Below are positions 13,033 through 27,690 of a DNA stretch of 64,000 bases, piece after piece (the stretch's first letter is position 1; each line of letters opens with the position of its first letter). The notes under the pieces are model-generated. The model was not told where the DNA came from, did no database searches, and was given only the letters and a program-made list of their open reading frames with translations. Source of the DNA: Octopus vulgaris (lineage: Eukaryota); NCBI GenBank assembly GCA_951406725.2, contig OX597839.1:4712001-4776000 (forward strand), given 5' to 3'. The translations under genes were made by a program, and so were the position numbers.

Positions 13033-13260
13033 AGAGATGTTGGCGTCCGTGGGTGTATGTCAGTATATATCAGAGCAAAATGCAATTTCAATGATAATGA
13101 AATTTGTGCTTACGAAATATATTTTTGTTAAATTTTATCTAATCTTGTAACCATATGGTGCATGAATTTATGTGTAAGGGTGTATGTGTGTGTGTGTTCG
13201 TGTCTGAATATGTCTGTGTTTGAGTGCGTGAGCATGTGCATACATGCCAGTGTGTGTGTG

Positions 13261-13324
<64 letters not shown>

Positions 13325-13459
13325 TATTTCATAAGGTGTTTGTGTTTTGTTTCAAAATTTAGCGATAGACACGTTAATTTAAGCTGCATATAATTGATTG
13401 TGAAATACGCGCTTTTAATAGAGACACACAGACAGACAAACACACACACGTATATATAT

Positions 13460-13473
13460 ATATATATTTGGTG

Positions 13474-13513
<40 letters not shown>

Positions 13514-13550
13514 TTACACACATATATTTGGTGATATACATACATACACA

Positions 13551-13614
<64 letters not shown>

Positions 13615-13716
13615 CACATATATTTGGTGATATGCATACATACACACTCACACACACACACACATATATATACATATATATAGACATATATTTGGTGATA
13701 TACATACATACACACT

Positions 13717-13748
<32 letters not shown>

Positions 13749-13882
13749 CATATATATTTGGTGATACACACACACACATATATATATATATATACACACA
13801 TATTTGGTGATATACATGCATACACACACACACACATATATATATATATACATATATTTGGTGATATACATACATACACAAT

Positions 13883-13920
<38 letters not shown>
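13460..13920. repeat. Microsatellite-derived minisatellite anchored by TATTTGGTGA (7 units)
   Basis: Anchor near 13464, 13525, 13621, 13690, 13755, 13801 and 13854, separated by variable (CA)n(TA)n. Confidence 0.85.
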
Positions 13921-13938
<18 letters not shown>

Positions 13939-14214
13939 TATATACATGTGTGGTTGTATGTATGTGTGTTGAAAGATAATTTAATACATTATGATTTACA
14001 AAGCCAGAATTATATGCATACAAACGTACAAATCTATACACTCACACAATAACACAGGCACACAACCCCCCCCCCCCCCCACACGTACAAAGAGTCTTAA
14101 CCGTGTTATCATACGTGAAGTGTACTTTTAATGTTCCCGTTAGTGTTTGAAACGAAGAATATTAAATACATTTAATTTACCTGCAAATATTTTATTATCG
14201 TGTTAACTGTAAGT

Positions 14215-14300
14215 ATCATATGATATTTTACATACATACATAATACATACATACATACATATATATCATATGATATTTTACATCCATAATACATACATGC

Positions 14301-14356
<56 letters not shown>

Positions 14357-14439
14357 TATGATATTTTTCATACATAATACATACATGCATATATATATAT
14401 ATATATATATCATATGATATTTTACATACATAATACATG

Positions 14440-14472
<33 letters not shown>

Positions 14473-14501
14473 GTCATGATATTTTACATACATAATACGT
14501 G

Positions 14502-14555
<54 letters not shown>

Positions 14556-14590
14556 ATGATATTTTACATACATAATACATGCATACATAC
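14215..14590. repeat. Minisatellite anchored by TGATATTTTACATACATAATAC
   Basis: About 6 units with variable (TA)n spacers. Confidence 0.8.
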
Positions 14591-14833
14591 ATATATATAT
14601 ATATATACATATATACACATGTATACACACAAATGGCGATACACACGTGAATATACATATATACACACATACAAATATATATATATGTATATATGTATAT
14701 ACATACATATATGCATATATATATTTATACACACACGTATATACATATACACACATATAAATATATGTATACACGAACATACACTTTTATGCAGACTTAT
14801 CTATCCATGTATCCATACATATATACATGTGTG

Positions 14834-14884
<51 letters not shown>

Positions 14885-15255
14885 ATGTGTGTGTGTATGT
14901 GTGTGTCTGTGTGCAAGCATATATATATTTACACATACACACCACGAACACGCGAACACACTTATGTACATAAATATATCCTTATCTATTTATCTATCAA
15001 TCTATACTCGTACATACAGTTCGGAAAATTGTCTGGGACATTATATGCGTTTACGTAATTATCATTGTTAATGTGACCCCAGATTCTTGATGGAAAATAC
15101 CTCTACATATTGATGGCATCTTTAAGCAGCTTGTGCTTCTTTTTGTTCTTACACTCAGTTGTGGTTTTCTCTTTCTCTCGCAGATGTTCTCACCAATATT
15201 TTCCAAGGTTTCTCCCCTTTTTTTTTCATGTCATTATATTGTCACTTTTACAAGA

Positions 15256-15553
15256 CGGCGAGCTGGCAGAATCGTTAGCACGCCGGGCGAAATGCTTAGC
15301 GGTATTTTGTTTGCCGTTACGTTGTGGGTTCAAATTCCGGCGAGGTCGACTTTACCTTTCATCATTTCGGGGTCGATAAATTAAGTACCAGTTACTCACT
15401 GGGGTCGATGTTATCGACTTAATACCTATGTCTGTCCTTGTTTTTCCCCTCTATGTTTAGCCCCTTGTGGGTAATAAAGAAATAGGTATTTTGTTTGCCG
15501 CTACGTTCTGAGTTCCAATTCCGCCGAGGTCGACTTTGCCTTTCATCCTTTCG
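15256..15553 (+). mobile_element. SINE C monomer plus partial second unit
   Basis: GGCGAGCTGGCAGAATCGTTAGCACGCCGGGCGAAATG.. ; second unit restarts at GGTATT 15485 (period 184). Confidence 0.9.
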
Positions 15554-15638
15554 AAATTTGAACGAAATCTGAAAATAGTCTAACAAAAATAACATGCTAT
15601 GAAATTTTAGGCACTCCACTATCGGTCCAACACCAGGA

Positions 15639-15688
<50 letters not shown>

Positions 15689-17269
15689 CAAAATGGCGGT
15701 GCCCCAGCATGGCCACAGCTCATAAGCTGAAACTAGAATCAATCAAGAATCAATCAATGTATATATATATGTTTACGTATATATATGTATGTATGTGTGT
15801 GTATAGTCATATACGTATATTATATTTTAAAAATATACATGTAAGTATATACCTACTTGTGTATATATGTAAAGTGGATTTATATACTTGCACACGTATA
15901 TATATAAATATGCTAGTGTACATATAAGTCATATATAAAAATATGATAGTGTACATATAAGCCACCTAGCTACATAGATATATATATATATACATAGATA
16001 GAGAGATAGATAAATATATAGATAAACAGATAGATAGATAGATAGATAAATGGGAAAAGGAAAGAAGCGAATAAAGAAGGGAAGAAAGAAAAAGAAAGAA
16101 AGAAATATAGGTATGTAGGTAAATGATAAATAGATAGAACGAACTGATACACTAGACAGACACGATAGATAGATAGAAAGATAGATAGAAAGATAGATAG
16201 ATAGAAATATAGATAGATAGATAGAAAGATATAGATTGATAGATGTACATAGAGGCACTTATACTCTCTTCAGAGCGAAATGATCCAAAGTATTCCGTTA
16301 AATTCTACCCCCCCACACACGCACTGTCCCTACATACAAAACTACCCAATTTTCTGCAATATTTATCATAGTCTTATTCAAATTTCTTCAACAGCCGTCC
16401 TCATCTTCACACCACAACGGCACTCATTCTCTCTTCAACTGACAGTGATTTGTAGTCCATAAAGAAATTTCATTAAAAACTCTCTTTATAAGACTACCCA
16501 TTGTGTCACATATGCTATTATCTTACATTTTATTTCAAAGCAGTCACTTAGCGATATTTCTATGCTGCGTTTCTTTTTGTATATTTTTATATATGCATTT
16601 TTGTGGCTTGTATTTCTTTTCTGATGAACTGATAGTACATATTTGATTACATGAATAATAGCATATAATTATGGTGATTAAAAGACAATAATATAGCAGC
16701 AATTTATGTGGTGGTCGTCATCATCTTTATCATCATTATCATCTGCGGTATGTCGTCGCCTTAGATGTCATCATTTTCTGTGCATTCTCGTTGTTATTGT
16801 TGGTGATGATGTTGATGGTTTCTTTTTCTTCTTCTTGTAAAGGTTTTGTCTGTTTTCCTTCATTTCATTCTCCTTTGTCATCATCTCCAGGACATTACAT
16901 ATTCTTCTCGTACGCATCGTTATCTGTCATGACGGGTGATAAAACGTTTTTATGTAAACATATACATAGATACATACATATTTATACATACATACACATA
17001 CACACACACATACACACACACACACACACATACACAGACACACACACACATATATATATATATATGTTCAATGTTTATTTATATACATACAATATTATAT
17101 CGGAATACATATTCATAGACTTATAAGTACGGACATATATGCATATATTAGTCATTTCAATATGTGTAAGTGTGGATAGTACATACATGCATATACGGAT
17201 ATACATACATTAACATATATGCATGTGCATATATATGTTTATATTTATATATATATATGTATATATGAT

Positions 17270-17300
<31 letters not shown>

Positions 17301-17303
17301 GAT

Positions 17304-17334
<31 letters not shown>

Positions 17335-17609
17335 GATTATATATATATATGTATATATGATTATATGTATATATATATGTATATGATTATATATATATAT
17401 ATGTGTGTATATGATTATATATATATATATGTATATGATGATATATATGTATGTATATATGTATATATGATTATATATATATATGTATATATGATTATAT
17501 ATATATATGTGTGTGTATATGATTATATATATATATATGTATATATGATTATATATATATATATATATATACAGAGAGAGAGAGAGAGGTATATATATAT
17601 GCATATATA

Positions 17610-18451
17610 TACGTGGTCTGATCAATAAGTATCTGGACTGTTGCCATAGTAACGAAGCTAAGCACGCAGAGTGAAGCTGCTTGACACAGATTAAACTTGA
17701 ACTCTGCTGTGCATGCGTACTAAGTTTTAACGTTCTAGTTCAAGTCCCCTGTTTACAGCAGTGCTTGGAATGAAGGTGTGTAGCGTGTGATCGTCGCCCT
17801 GACCATGAGTGAGGAAGCTGAGCAGAGAATCGGCGATGAATTTTGGGAAAAACTGTTCAGAGGCCTACGCAAAGTTTTCAAAAGGTTTTTCATCGATCTG
17901 GACGCAATCAAGGAGATCTTGTGCAACTGAAGCCCGTGTGCCTTTTGGGTCAACTGAGAGCAGTTTTGGCACAAACTTGACAGACACACGTCCCATACCC
18001 AAATCTTGAGTTATAATGGACTGAACTGAACTGAACGTAACTAATCTGCACCCCCCCTGATAACTCACGGATGGTAATTCGACAATTTTCCCTGTCAGCT
18101 GCACGTACTTCTCCGATGTTTTTCTTAGTTCTCTTGGTTGCGGGTCTCCCAGAACGTTCGTCACTATCGACATTTTCCCGGCAATCTTGGAAACATCTGA
18201 AACACTCGTACGCCTGCGAGCGGCTTATAAATTCCTCACCTTACATTTTCTGCAACTTTGCGTAGGCCTGTGAGCAGGTATCGCCATAACAACTTACTCT
18301 GTCATGGTTACTGCAACGATCACATGCTACGCACCTTCCTTCCAAGCACTACTGTAAACAGCAGAAGAGAGCTAGAACTTTAAAGCTTAGTGCGCAAGCC
18401 AAATGGCTTCACTCTGCGTGCTTTAGCTTCTTTACTATAGCCACAGTCGTA
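17610..18451 (-). mobile_element. Mariner-derived fold-back element (two inverted 5' ends) with N-terminal transposase relic
   Basis: TA+CGTGGTCTGATCAATAAGTATCTGGACTG mariner-type TIR. 17635-17880 is an inverted copy of ~18245-18448. Minus-strand relic ..RENVDSDERSGRP.. and ..VQSIITQDLGMGRVSVKFVPKLL..VAQDLL (mariner WVPxxL-like linker). Confidence 0.85.
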
Positions 18452-18460
18452 TATATGTAC

Positions 18461-18496
<36 letters not shown>

Positions 18497-18521
18497 TGTG
18501 TGTGTGTTTGTGTGTGTGTGT

Positions 18522-18554
<33 letters not shown>

Positions 18555-18920
18555 GCTTTGTGCATCAATGCATGAATTACACCTCTGGCGTAAGGCTATC
18601 GAGAGGCAGAGTAAAAGCAAGGTTATCCAAATTATGGCACTGAACACACACACACACACACACACTCACGCACACGTATACACACACATACACACACACA
18701 CATGCATATATACAGATAGATAGATAGACAGAGAGTTTTGTGATATAGATATAGTATACTTATATGTATGTGACTATGTGTATATATTATATATAACGAT
18801 TTTAGAAAGGCAAACGGTGTACACTCACACACACATACAACAGAAACACAGGTATATCTATCTATCTGTCCTGTCCGTCTGCCTGTCTGTCTATCTATCT
18901 ATCTATCTATCTACTATCTA

Positions 18921-18958
<38 letters not shown>

Positions 18959-19026
18959 GTACATATATATATACATATATTTATTGACGTCTGTAAATTT
19001 ATCTGTGCATGTACATGCAGACATAC

Positions 19027-19059
<33 letters not shown>

Positions 19060-19199
19060 GTGTATACACACACAAATAGAAAGAGAGAGAGAGAGAGAAA
19101 GAGAGGGGGAGAGAATGATATTTATATACTTACGTACATATGCACCTGTAGCATACGTATATATATATATATATTTATGTATAAATGATTGTACCTATG

Positions 19200-19257
<58 letters not shown>

Positions 19258-19339
19258 ACACACACACATACATACATAGTTAGTATGCATGTGTGTATAT
19301 GTATAAACGAACACAACTTTGTGTCACTGCAAAATGTAC

Positions 19340-19397
<58 letters not shown>

Positions 19398-19747
19398 CAT
19401 ATATATATACATATATACATGTGCTCACATACCTGCAGAAAGTGCATAGTTTTCTAACGCAAACCTTGCAACAAGCTCCCGCATTGCAGCTGGTTCAGCT
19501 GTCTGCTTAGATGCGGATGAATGCACCTTAAAAGCGAACTGAATCCAAGCATGAAAGTCGAGTAATGTCGTCGGTAATTGGCTGAATAGAACCACGTGCA
19601 CCTATGTCCGCTCTTTTCAAACAATGTAACATTATATACTGACTATTAGACTGACTATTCTCTTTGTAGTTGCTGCATATGTATGAACGTGTGCATGTGT
19701 GTTCGTGTGTGTATGTGTATCCGTGTATGTGTATATACACATACACG

Positions 19748-19797
<50 letters not shown>

Positions 19798-19923
19798 TAT
19801 ATATATATAATTACATGTATATATATATGTGCATATGCATATATATATATGTAAAGTATATAATATTTATATACTTGTGCATAAGTATGTGTATGTATAT
19901 AAATGTGTATGTTTATATATGTA

Positions 19924-19954
<31 letters not shown>

Positions 19955-19955
19955 G

Positions 19956-20056
<101 letters not shown>

Positions 20057-20232
20057 GCTCTCACACACACGCTCACACACACACACAGATATACCTATAT
20101 AGATATATAGAATTACACACACACACATATATTGTATGTTTATATGTTTTTGCATGTATGCGGCGGTATCTTCCTGTAAAGTCTCTTTAATTTCACATCT
20201 CTCAGTCTCTCCCTCCCTCCCTCTCTCTCTCA

Positions 20233-20297
<65 letters not shown>

Positions 20298-20309
20298 CTC
20301 TCTCTCTCT

Positions 20310-20382
<73 letters not shown>

Positions 20383-20458
20383 GAGGTTTCTTCTCAATTT
20401 CTCTGTCTAAGAACCAATCAATATTTCTATGTATCAGACGTTCAGAATACATGCTCTG

Positions 20459-20512
<54 letters not shown>

Positions 20513-20728
20513 CGCCCTTCTACGTATCTTTCAGGATATCAACACACGTACATATACATCCACATACACGTATACTCTTTCTCTCTCTCACACATATACA
20601 CACACACACACATACACACACACACACACAAACACAAACTCACGCACACATACACACACACATACACATTGACAGGCGTATTCACATACAAACGCAAACA
20701 AAGAGAAGCCAAGACAACGTGGGAACAG

Positions 20729-20782
<54 letters not shown>

Positions 20783-20939
20783 CGGATAGTTAAACAGCCC
20801 CCAAAATGGATGACTACTTCAGTAGAGTAATAGATGTATTAGTGTTTCTTGTTTCAGACGCTACTTTTTCTGCTCTCCTAAGAATCTTTGCAGCAAATAA
20901 AATCGTCTTTATTTTGTGTCCATCGTATCTGCTTGATTC

Positions 20940-21131
20940 TAGGACATTTACTACCCGCCATGGACAGTAACCCCCTCCAAGGACAATTACCTCTGAGTAC
21001 AACAGAAAATGATTCAAAACTACTTGATATATTAAAGAGGAAGTAATTAAACAAGTGGGGTAGTTGTCCTAGGGGATAGTTGTCGCCGGGGAGGGCGGAA
21101 TAATTTCCTATGGGGGTAATTAGCCTCATAC
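20940..21131. mobile_element. Small degenerate fold-back MITE-like element
   Basis: GGACATTTAC / GGACAGTAACCCCC / GGACAATTACC on the left; GGGGTAGTTGTCC / GGGGATAGTTGTC / GGGGGTAATTAGCC on the right. Confidence 0.45.
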
Positions 21132-21215
21132 GATCTGCATATCAATGTACCAAACACAGTGATTATCTCACTATATGTGTATGTGCGTGTATATACACAC
21201 ATACATCATGTATAC

Positions 21216-21282
<67 letters not shown>

Positions 21283-21289
21283 TACACGA

Positions 21290-21700
21290 GGCGGCGAGCT
21301 GGCAGAATCGTTAGCACGCCGGGCGAAATGCTTGGCGGTATTTCGCCTGTCGTTACGTTCTGAGTTCAAATTCCGCCGAGGTCGACTTTTGCCTTTCATC
21401 CTCTCGGGATCGATAAATAAAGTACCAGTTTCGCCCTGGCTCGATGTAATCGACTTAATCCCTCTATCTGTCCTTGTTTGTCCCCTCTGTGTTTAGCACC
21501 TTGTGGGTAGTAAAGAAATAGGTATTTCGTCTGTTGTTATGTTCTGAGTTCAAATTCCGCCGAGGTCGACTTTGCCTTTCATCCTCTCGGGGTCGATAAA
21601 TAAAGTACCAGTGTCGCACTGGATTGATGTAATCGACTTAATCCCTTTGTTTGTCCTTGTTTGTCCCCTCTACGTTTAGCACCTTGAGGGTAGTAAACAA
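21290..21700 (+). mobile_element. SINE C dimer (head + two body units)
   Basis: GGTATTTCG at 21337 and 21521 (period 184). The whole dimer is flanked by ATATATATATTCATACA on both sides (probable TSD). Confidence 0.9.
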
Positions 21701-21929
21701 ATATATATATATTCATACATATGTATACACACTCAATACTGAACAGTAAGAATGAGAGCTGAACAACTCGTTGGTTTGATAAATATTTTTTATTTGTGGG
21801 TAAACCACATATAGATGTCACTTTAGACACCCAGTCATACATTTTCTTTGATACTTTTTCACGTTAGCATTCGATTTTGTGAAATAAACTATCTTTCTGC
21901 TATATCGAACAGAGTGAGTAACCACATAA

Positions 21930-22182
21930 GTGGCATTCCGTTGGTTGCGAGGAGGAGTGTTCCAGTCGATCCGATCAACGAAACCTCCTGCTCGTGCAAA
22001 TGGCTGAGCCCTTCACAGAAATAAAGTAAAAGGTAAAGGTAACTTTATCGAGCCATACCGACTCATAGGGGCCGGTTTCCCGGTTGCATGGCGTATATAC
22101 TACCCACCTGGACGTGACGCCAGTCCGTCGCAAGATTACTCTTTTGCCAGCTGAGTGGACTGGAGCAAAGTGAAATGAAATG
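21930..22182 (-). mobile_element. Adjacent SINE fragments: tail 1 (21930-22020) and head-B core + tail 2 (22022-22182)
   Basis: Reverse complements of tail 1, and of TTTCAC..GCTCCAGTCCACTCAGCTGGCAAAAG..GGACTGGCGTCACGTCCAGGTGG..GGCTCGATAAAGTTACCTTTACC. Confidence 0.75.
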
Positions 22183-22191
22183 ATTTACTGT

Positions 22192-22448
22192 GAGACCATA
22201 TAGATACTCCCTCGTAGACATCCAAATATACATTTTTATGCTTGCTTTAGCTACAGCGTGAGGTCTGGAGACAGATTTAACTGCTATGTTTAGCAGGCTG
22301 CACGGCTACGTAAACACTCCCATGTAGACATCGAAACACATCTTCATACTTTATCGGTTGCAGCGTGAAGTTCAGCAAAACAGATTTAGCTGCTATATTT
22401 AGCAGGCTGAGCGACCACAAAAATACTCGCTCATAGAAACCCAGACAT
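22192..22448. repeat. Diverged ~119-bp tandem duplication (about 2.2 units)
   Basis: ACTCCC..GTAGACATC..CAGCGTGA..CAGATTTARCTGCTATRTTTAGCAGGCTG occurs twice. Confidence 0.7.
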
Positions 22449-22994
22449 CATTTGTATTCAACATATGTAACGTACATAAATTACACGACAGAATACATTT
22501 AAAAAAATAAACAGCCGCCACACTTAAAATCCATGAAAATGGTAATGTTCATCGTATAAAATTGATATGGCGCCGGTTAGTTTTGTGAAAACGTGATTTA
22601 TATGATATATTATATCCATATTTGTTTCCATACATTTTTTTTATGGTTTTGGTTGGTTCATTTTTGTCTTCGTAAAACGGATCTGTCATATTTGAATAAA
22701 TTATAATAATTATGAAAGAACTTGTTAGTTTCAATTATATACAACACCGTTCTCATTGCATATATATACGCTTCTCGAACCTGCTGCTGCTGCTGAGTTT
22801 GCTACAAAGGACCAGGTTTATTGTTTTGTTTGTTACACACACACACACACACACGGACACTCACGGACACACACACACACACACACGTACTCATATACAT
22901 AGATATTTCTACATGTGCTTGTGTGTGTAAATTTGAGGGTTCTTACATATATGTGCTTAGAAAACCAAAACGTTATTCACATACGCAGCAACAA

Positions 22995-23044
<50 letters not shown>

Positions 23045-23245
23045 GTATATAGTATAAAAAATATACATAAAAATACAAAATGGGACAAGAACGCAAAACA
23101 TTCAAATAGACGACACAAAAAACGGACGGGTCATTCGAAGCCTCTAATCTTCAGTCAATATATATATATGTGTGTGTGTATGTATGTATGTATATATGCA
23201 CACACACATATATATATATATGTGTGTGTGTATACATATACACAT

Positions 23246-23315
<70 letters not shown>

Positions 23316-23594
23316 ATATATACAATCTCGTCCCAGTAGCATATAAAAGCGCCTATATGTATGCAAGAGTATATATGTACACATACGTAGACACGTCACA
23401 CACACACACATATGCATACATACTAAAATGATACGCTTGCATACATACTAACAAATATGTATATATATATACATATATATAAGCATACATATACATATAT
23501 ATATGTGTATGTGTGCGTGTGTGTGTGTGTATATGTGTGTCTGTGTTTGTCCCCTCCATGATCGCCTGACAGATGGGTGTGTGAGTGTGTGTGG

Positions 23595-23775
23595 GAGGGC
23601 ACATGGCTTAGCGGTTACGGTGGGGGTACTGACGGTCTAACGGTTGTGATTTCAATCCCTGGACCAGGTGGTGTGTTGTGTTCTTGAGCAAAACACTCCA
23701 TCTCACGTTACTCTGCATTCACTTCGTTACCTGACGCGTGGTACGCCGTGCACCTGTTCAGGCAATGATCATCTT
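23595..23775 (+). mobile_element. SINE head B-like with a fourth tail type
   Basis: GAGGGCACATGGCTTAGCGGTTA..TTCAATCCCTGGACC..TTGTGTTCTTGAGCAAAACAC, then a tail not seen elsewhere in the window. Confidence 0.65.
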
Positions 23776-23845
23776 CGACAAACCGTTTGTGTAGCTCGTT
23801 CGGCAAAATGCTGAACGCTCATACCTCATCTTCGATGGGAGAGTC

Positions 23846-24478
23846 ATCATCATCATTGTTCGACCGTGGTCGATACAATGGAGTTTACTATGCTCCGCCA
23901 GACATCACGGTCCATCATAGCATTACGCAGGTCCTGTTGCTGGATGCCTGTATCCCTGGAGATTACATTAGGGTAGGAGAGTGTGCGCCCTCTGGTATCG
24001 CGAGCAGATGGCTTCCAGAGGAGTCCAAGACTGAATATGTAAACAAGTGCCTGTCCAACAGTGATTTCATCATCCATACTCTCAACAATACGCTCTTTAA
24101 TATGGTTTCCTATTACAAATATCTTGGGTCATACATATCATCATTTGAAAAAGATTTCTAACTAGAAAGGGTATGGCCTGGTCAGCCTGTAATGATATGT
24201 ATAAGATCTGGTCATCAAATCTAAGTATAGATGTCAAACTTAAAATCTTCAAAGCCACAGTCGAACCACAGGAGAAGAGTAGAAATTACCTCGTTTTCAG
24301 CTCTACAACAATGTCCAGCAAACTGGACACTTCTACCTTTCACAAGAGATGATACAGGTGGTAGTTTCCCATATATTTGTACTTTGGTTGGATGACGCTT
24401 CCACGAGAGATTTTGAGCTCTGAAAAGGAGGCGAGTGTAGGTTCCATCCAACCGCCTCTCAAGCTTCTTGAGAGTCCA
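23846..24478. mobile_element. RTE-clade LINE 3' fragment, doubly rearranged
   Basis: Same 3' end and same inversion junction (CTTCCAGAGGAG|TCCAAG) as 4205-4633. Then 24268-24478 on minus encodes WTLKKLERRLDGTYTRLL..YGKLP..FAGHC.R..ISTLLLW. Confidence 0.85.
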
Positions 24479-24526
24479 CACACACACACACGCACACGCA
24501 TACGCACACGCACACGCACGCACGCA

Positions 24527-24562
<36 letters not shown>

Positions 24563-24589
24563 TAGGACGGTACATGTAATGTATTAGCA

Positions 24590-24699
24590 GATGCTCAGGA
24601 AAGTAAAGCAAGATGGTTTAAAGTTTCGAGCAGACGCTCTTCTTCGGAAACAGAGGAAAGTCCAATAGAAGGGAAGATGGAGGAAGAAAATCGCCAACG
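24590..24699 (-). mobile_element. Short repeat carrying a minimal hammerhead-like motif (24616-24651)
   Basis: Minus: GTTT-CCGAAGA-A-GAGC-GTCT-GCTC-GAAA-CT-TT-AAAC. Same family as 50695-50862 and 62130-62340. Confidence 0.6.
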
Positions 24700-24856
24700 T
24701 GTTTACGTTCCCGTAACTTAGCGGTTCAGCAAAAGACACCGATAAAATAATACGTACTTGGTTTCTAAAGGAAAAAGTCCTGTGTCGATTTGTCCTAAAA
24801 CCTTTCATGGCGTTGCTGAGGCATAGCTGAAGTCAAATGACTGAAGCAAGCAAAAA
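24699..24856 (+). mobile_element. SINE D 3' fragment
   Basis: GTGTTTACGTTCCCGTAACTTAGCGGTTCAGCAAAAG..GTCAAATGACTGAAGCAAG. Other D fragments at 15694-15757, 23530-23580, 25405-25590, 55660-55770 and 56410-56870. Confidence 0.75.
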
Positions 24857-25192
24857 ATATATATCGGTTGTTGTTCTGCATGGCTGGTACATGACACCTT
24901 CCATCGTTTCAGCTTTCCATTGAACCCATCCTGCTTGCTGGGCGACTGGGCCCATATTCACACTGATCAAAAGCACAACATGCCACTCGATCCGGAAATC
25001 GAACACACGATCAATGATCATAAATTCACCACCCTAACCACTACGCCATACACACACACACGCACACACACACACGCACACACACGCACAAACACACACG
25101 CACACACACACACACACACACACAAATATACACACATATTTATGTACCCATATATGCATGTGTATATACATATATATGAAAATATGTACATA

Positions 25193-25223
<31 letters not shown>

Positions 25224-26296
25224 TATTTATATTATTATATGATTGAACGCCTCGCATCCATTTCCAAGTAAGTTTATCTTATATATATATATATATATAC
25301 ACATACATGCATACATACATATATATATAAATGAGTAGAAATCTAACTGGTGAGTGTGTTAATTAATAAGGCATTAAAACAGAATGACTCTCCCCAGACA
25401 CAATGATATATATATATATGTGTGTGTTTGTGTGTCTTTGTGTCCGTGATATCCCGCCACCAACGCTTCACAACCGGTTTTGATGTGGTTACATCTCCGT
25501 AAGTTAACGGTTTGGCAAAAGAAGCCGATGGAATATGAACCAGGCTTTTCAAACAAATCGAGCTGGGGGTCAATTTGTTCGACTAAAATATACATATACA
25601 GGAATATGAGATGAGAGAGGAATAAACGATTATCTTGCCAATTTCACAAGATAACCGTCTATTCGTTAGTCCTATCATATCCTTATTACTTCCCTGTGCT
25701 CGTGTAACGCCTTGTACAGAGGCATATGTATTCTAAGTTCTCCACAAGCCCAGACGAAATACAGACACACACACACACACGCAGACACACACACACTTAC
25801 GATGAAGAAATAATATACGAGCAAAGCATGTGGTATCGAATTTTTGAATGCTCAGGGAACGTTCTATCGCTCTTCGATGAAGAATTTTAAACGATCGTCT
25901 GCTAAAAATAGTTGATGTTTTTACGACTATAAACAGGACATTTATGTTCTGTGGACTGAACATATTTGGACATGAGTGGGGAATAGTTTTCCTTGCGTAT
26001 TATGCATCCCCTACTCAGTCGTGTGAATGATCGGTAGCGAGGAACTTAGACCTATGATAGAAGAAGCGGTAGCATCTAAGAATATATACGCTATATGCAC
26101 TCTAATGAAAATATTTCGTACTTTCCTCCATAAAGATTCTGTACGTATGCACTTATAAACATACAAACAAACATACATACAAATAAATACAAACACACAG
26201 TCACGCACACTACACATACACACACACACACACACGTATTTATATATATACATATATATATGTGAATATATATATATGCATATGTATGTATGCATG

Positions 26297-26358
<62 letters not shown>

Positions 26359-26519
26359 TAATGTGTATATTTGTATATAGTTATATACACGATACTAAGA
26401 GTATAAAGTAGAAATCTAATAGATGTCGCTCTTGATGTAAGATCATCCAGTACTTCACATCTTGTTCACAGACGAACGAAGGGAATAAAACCGCACACAA
26501 AAAAACATATATATATATA

Positions 26520-26587
26520 TATGTATATACACATACATACACATTTGTATGTATGTACATACACATATACATGTATATAATTTTATC

Positions 26588-26629
<42 letters not shown>

Positions 26630-26909
26630 TGTGTGCTTGTTTATATATACATATATATGTGTATGTATGTATGTATGTATGTATGTATGTATGTATGTAT
26701 GTATGTATGTATGTATGAATGTATGTAAAAGTATATGTGTGTATCTCTTAGAATATATGTATATACACATACAGATACATTTGTATGTATGTACATACAC
26801 ATATACATGTATATAATTTTATCTATATGTATATATATATATGTGTGTGTGTGTGTTTATCTATATATACATATGTGTATGCATGTATGTATGTACGTAT
26901 ATATGCATG

Positions 26910-26948
<39 letters not shown>

Positions 26949-27083
26949 GTGTGTGTGTGTGTATGTATGTATGTATGCATGTATGTATGCAAAACTATGT
27001 GTGTGTATCTCTTAGAATATATGTATATACACATACAGATACATTTGTATGTACATACACATATATATGTATATAATTTTATC

Positions 27084-27125
<42 letters not shown>

Positions 27126-27213
27126 TGTGTGTGTTTATCAATATATACATATATATGTGTATGTATGTATGTACGTATGTATGTATGTATGTACGTATGC
27201 ATGCATATATATA

Positions 27214-27255
<42 letters not shown>

Positions 27256-27347
27256 AGTCTGTGTGTATCTCTTAGAATATGTGTATATACATATACAGAC
27301 ACATTTGTATGTATGTACATACACATATACATGTATATAATTTTATC

Positions 27348-27391
<44 letters not shown>

Positions 27392-27594
27392 CATAGGTGT
27401 GTGTGTTTATCTATATATACATATATATGTGTATGTATGTATGTACGTATGTGTGCATGTATATAAAGATATGTATGTATGTATATACGTATGTATGCAT
27501 GTATAAATATATATGTATGTACATACACATATACATGTATATAAGTTTATCTATATGTTTATATATAGGTGTGTGTGTGTTTATCTATATATGC

Positions 27595-27625
<31 letters not shown>

Positions 27626-27690
27626 TGTATGTATGTATGTATGTATGTATGTATGCATGTAAAAGTATGTGTCTATCTCTTAGAATATTA
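26520..27690. repeat. ~240-265-bp tandem units built from microsatellites (4-5 units)
   Basis: Anchors GTATCTCTTAGAATAT (26741, 27005, 27265, ~27673) and ACATTTGTATGTA..ATAATTTTATCTAT (26541, 26777, 27041, 27301). Confidence 0.85.

Noticed and set aside
13460-13920. Repeat-spacer pattern resembling a CRISPR array
   Set aside because: The anchor is only ~10-25 nt, the spacers are (CA)n/(TA)n of varying length, there are no cas genes, and the context is eukaryotic.
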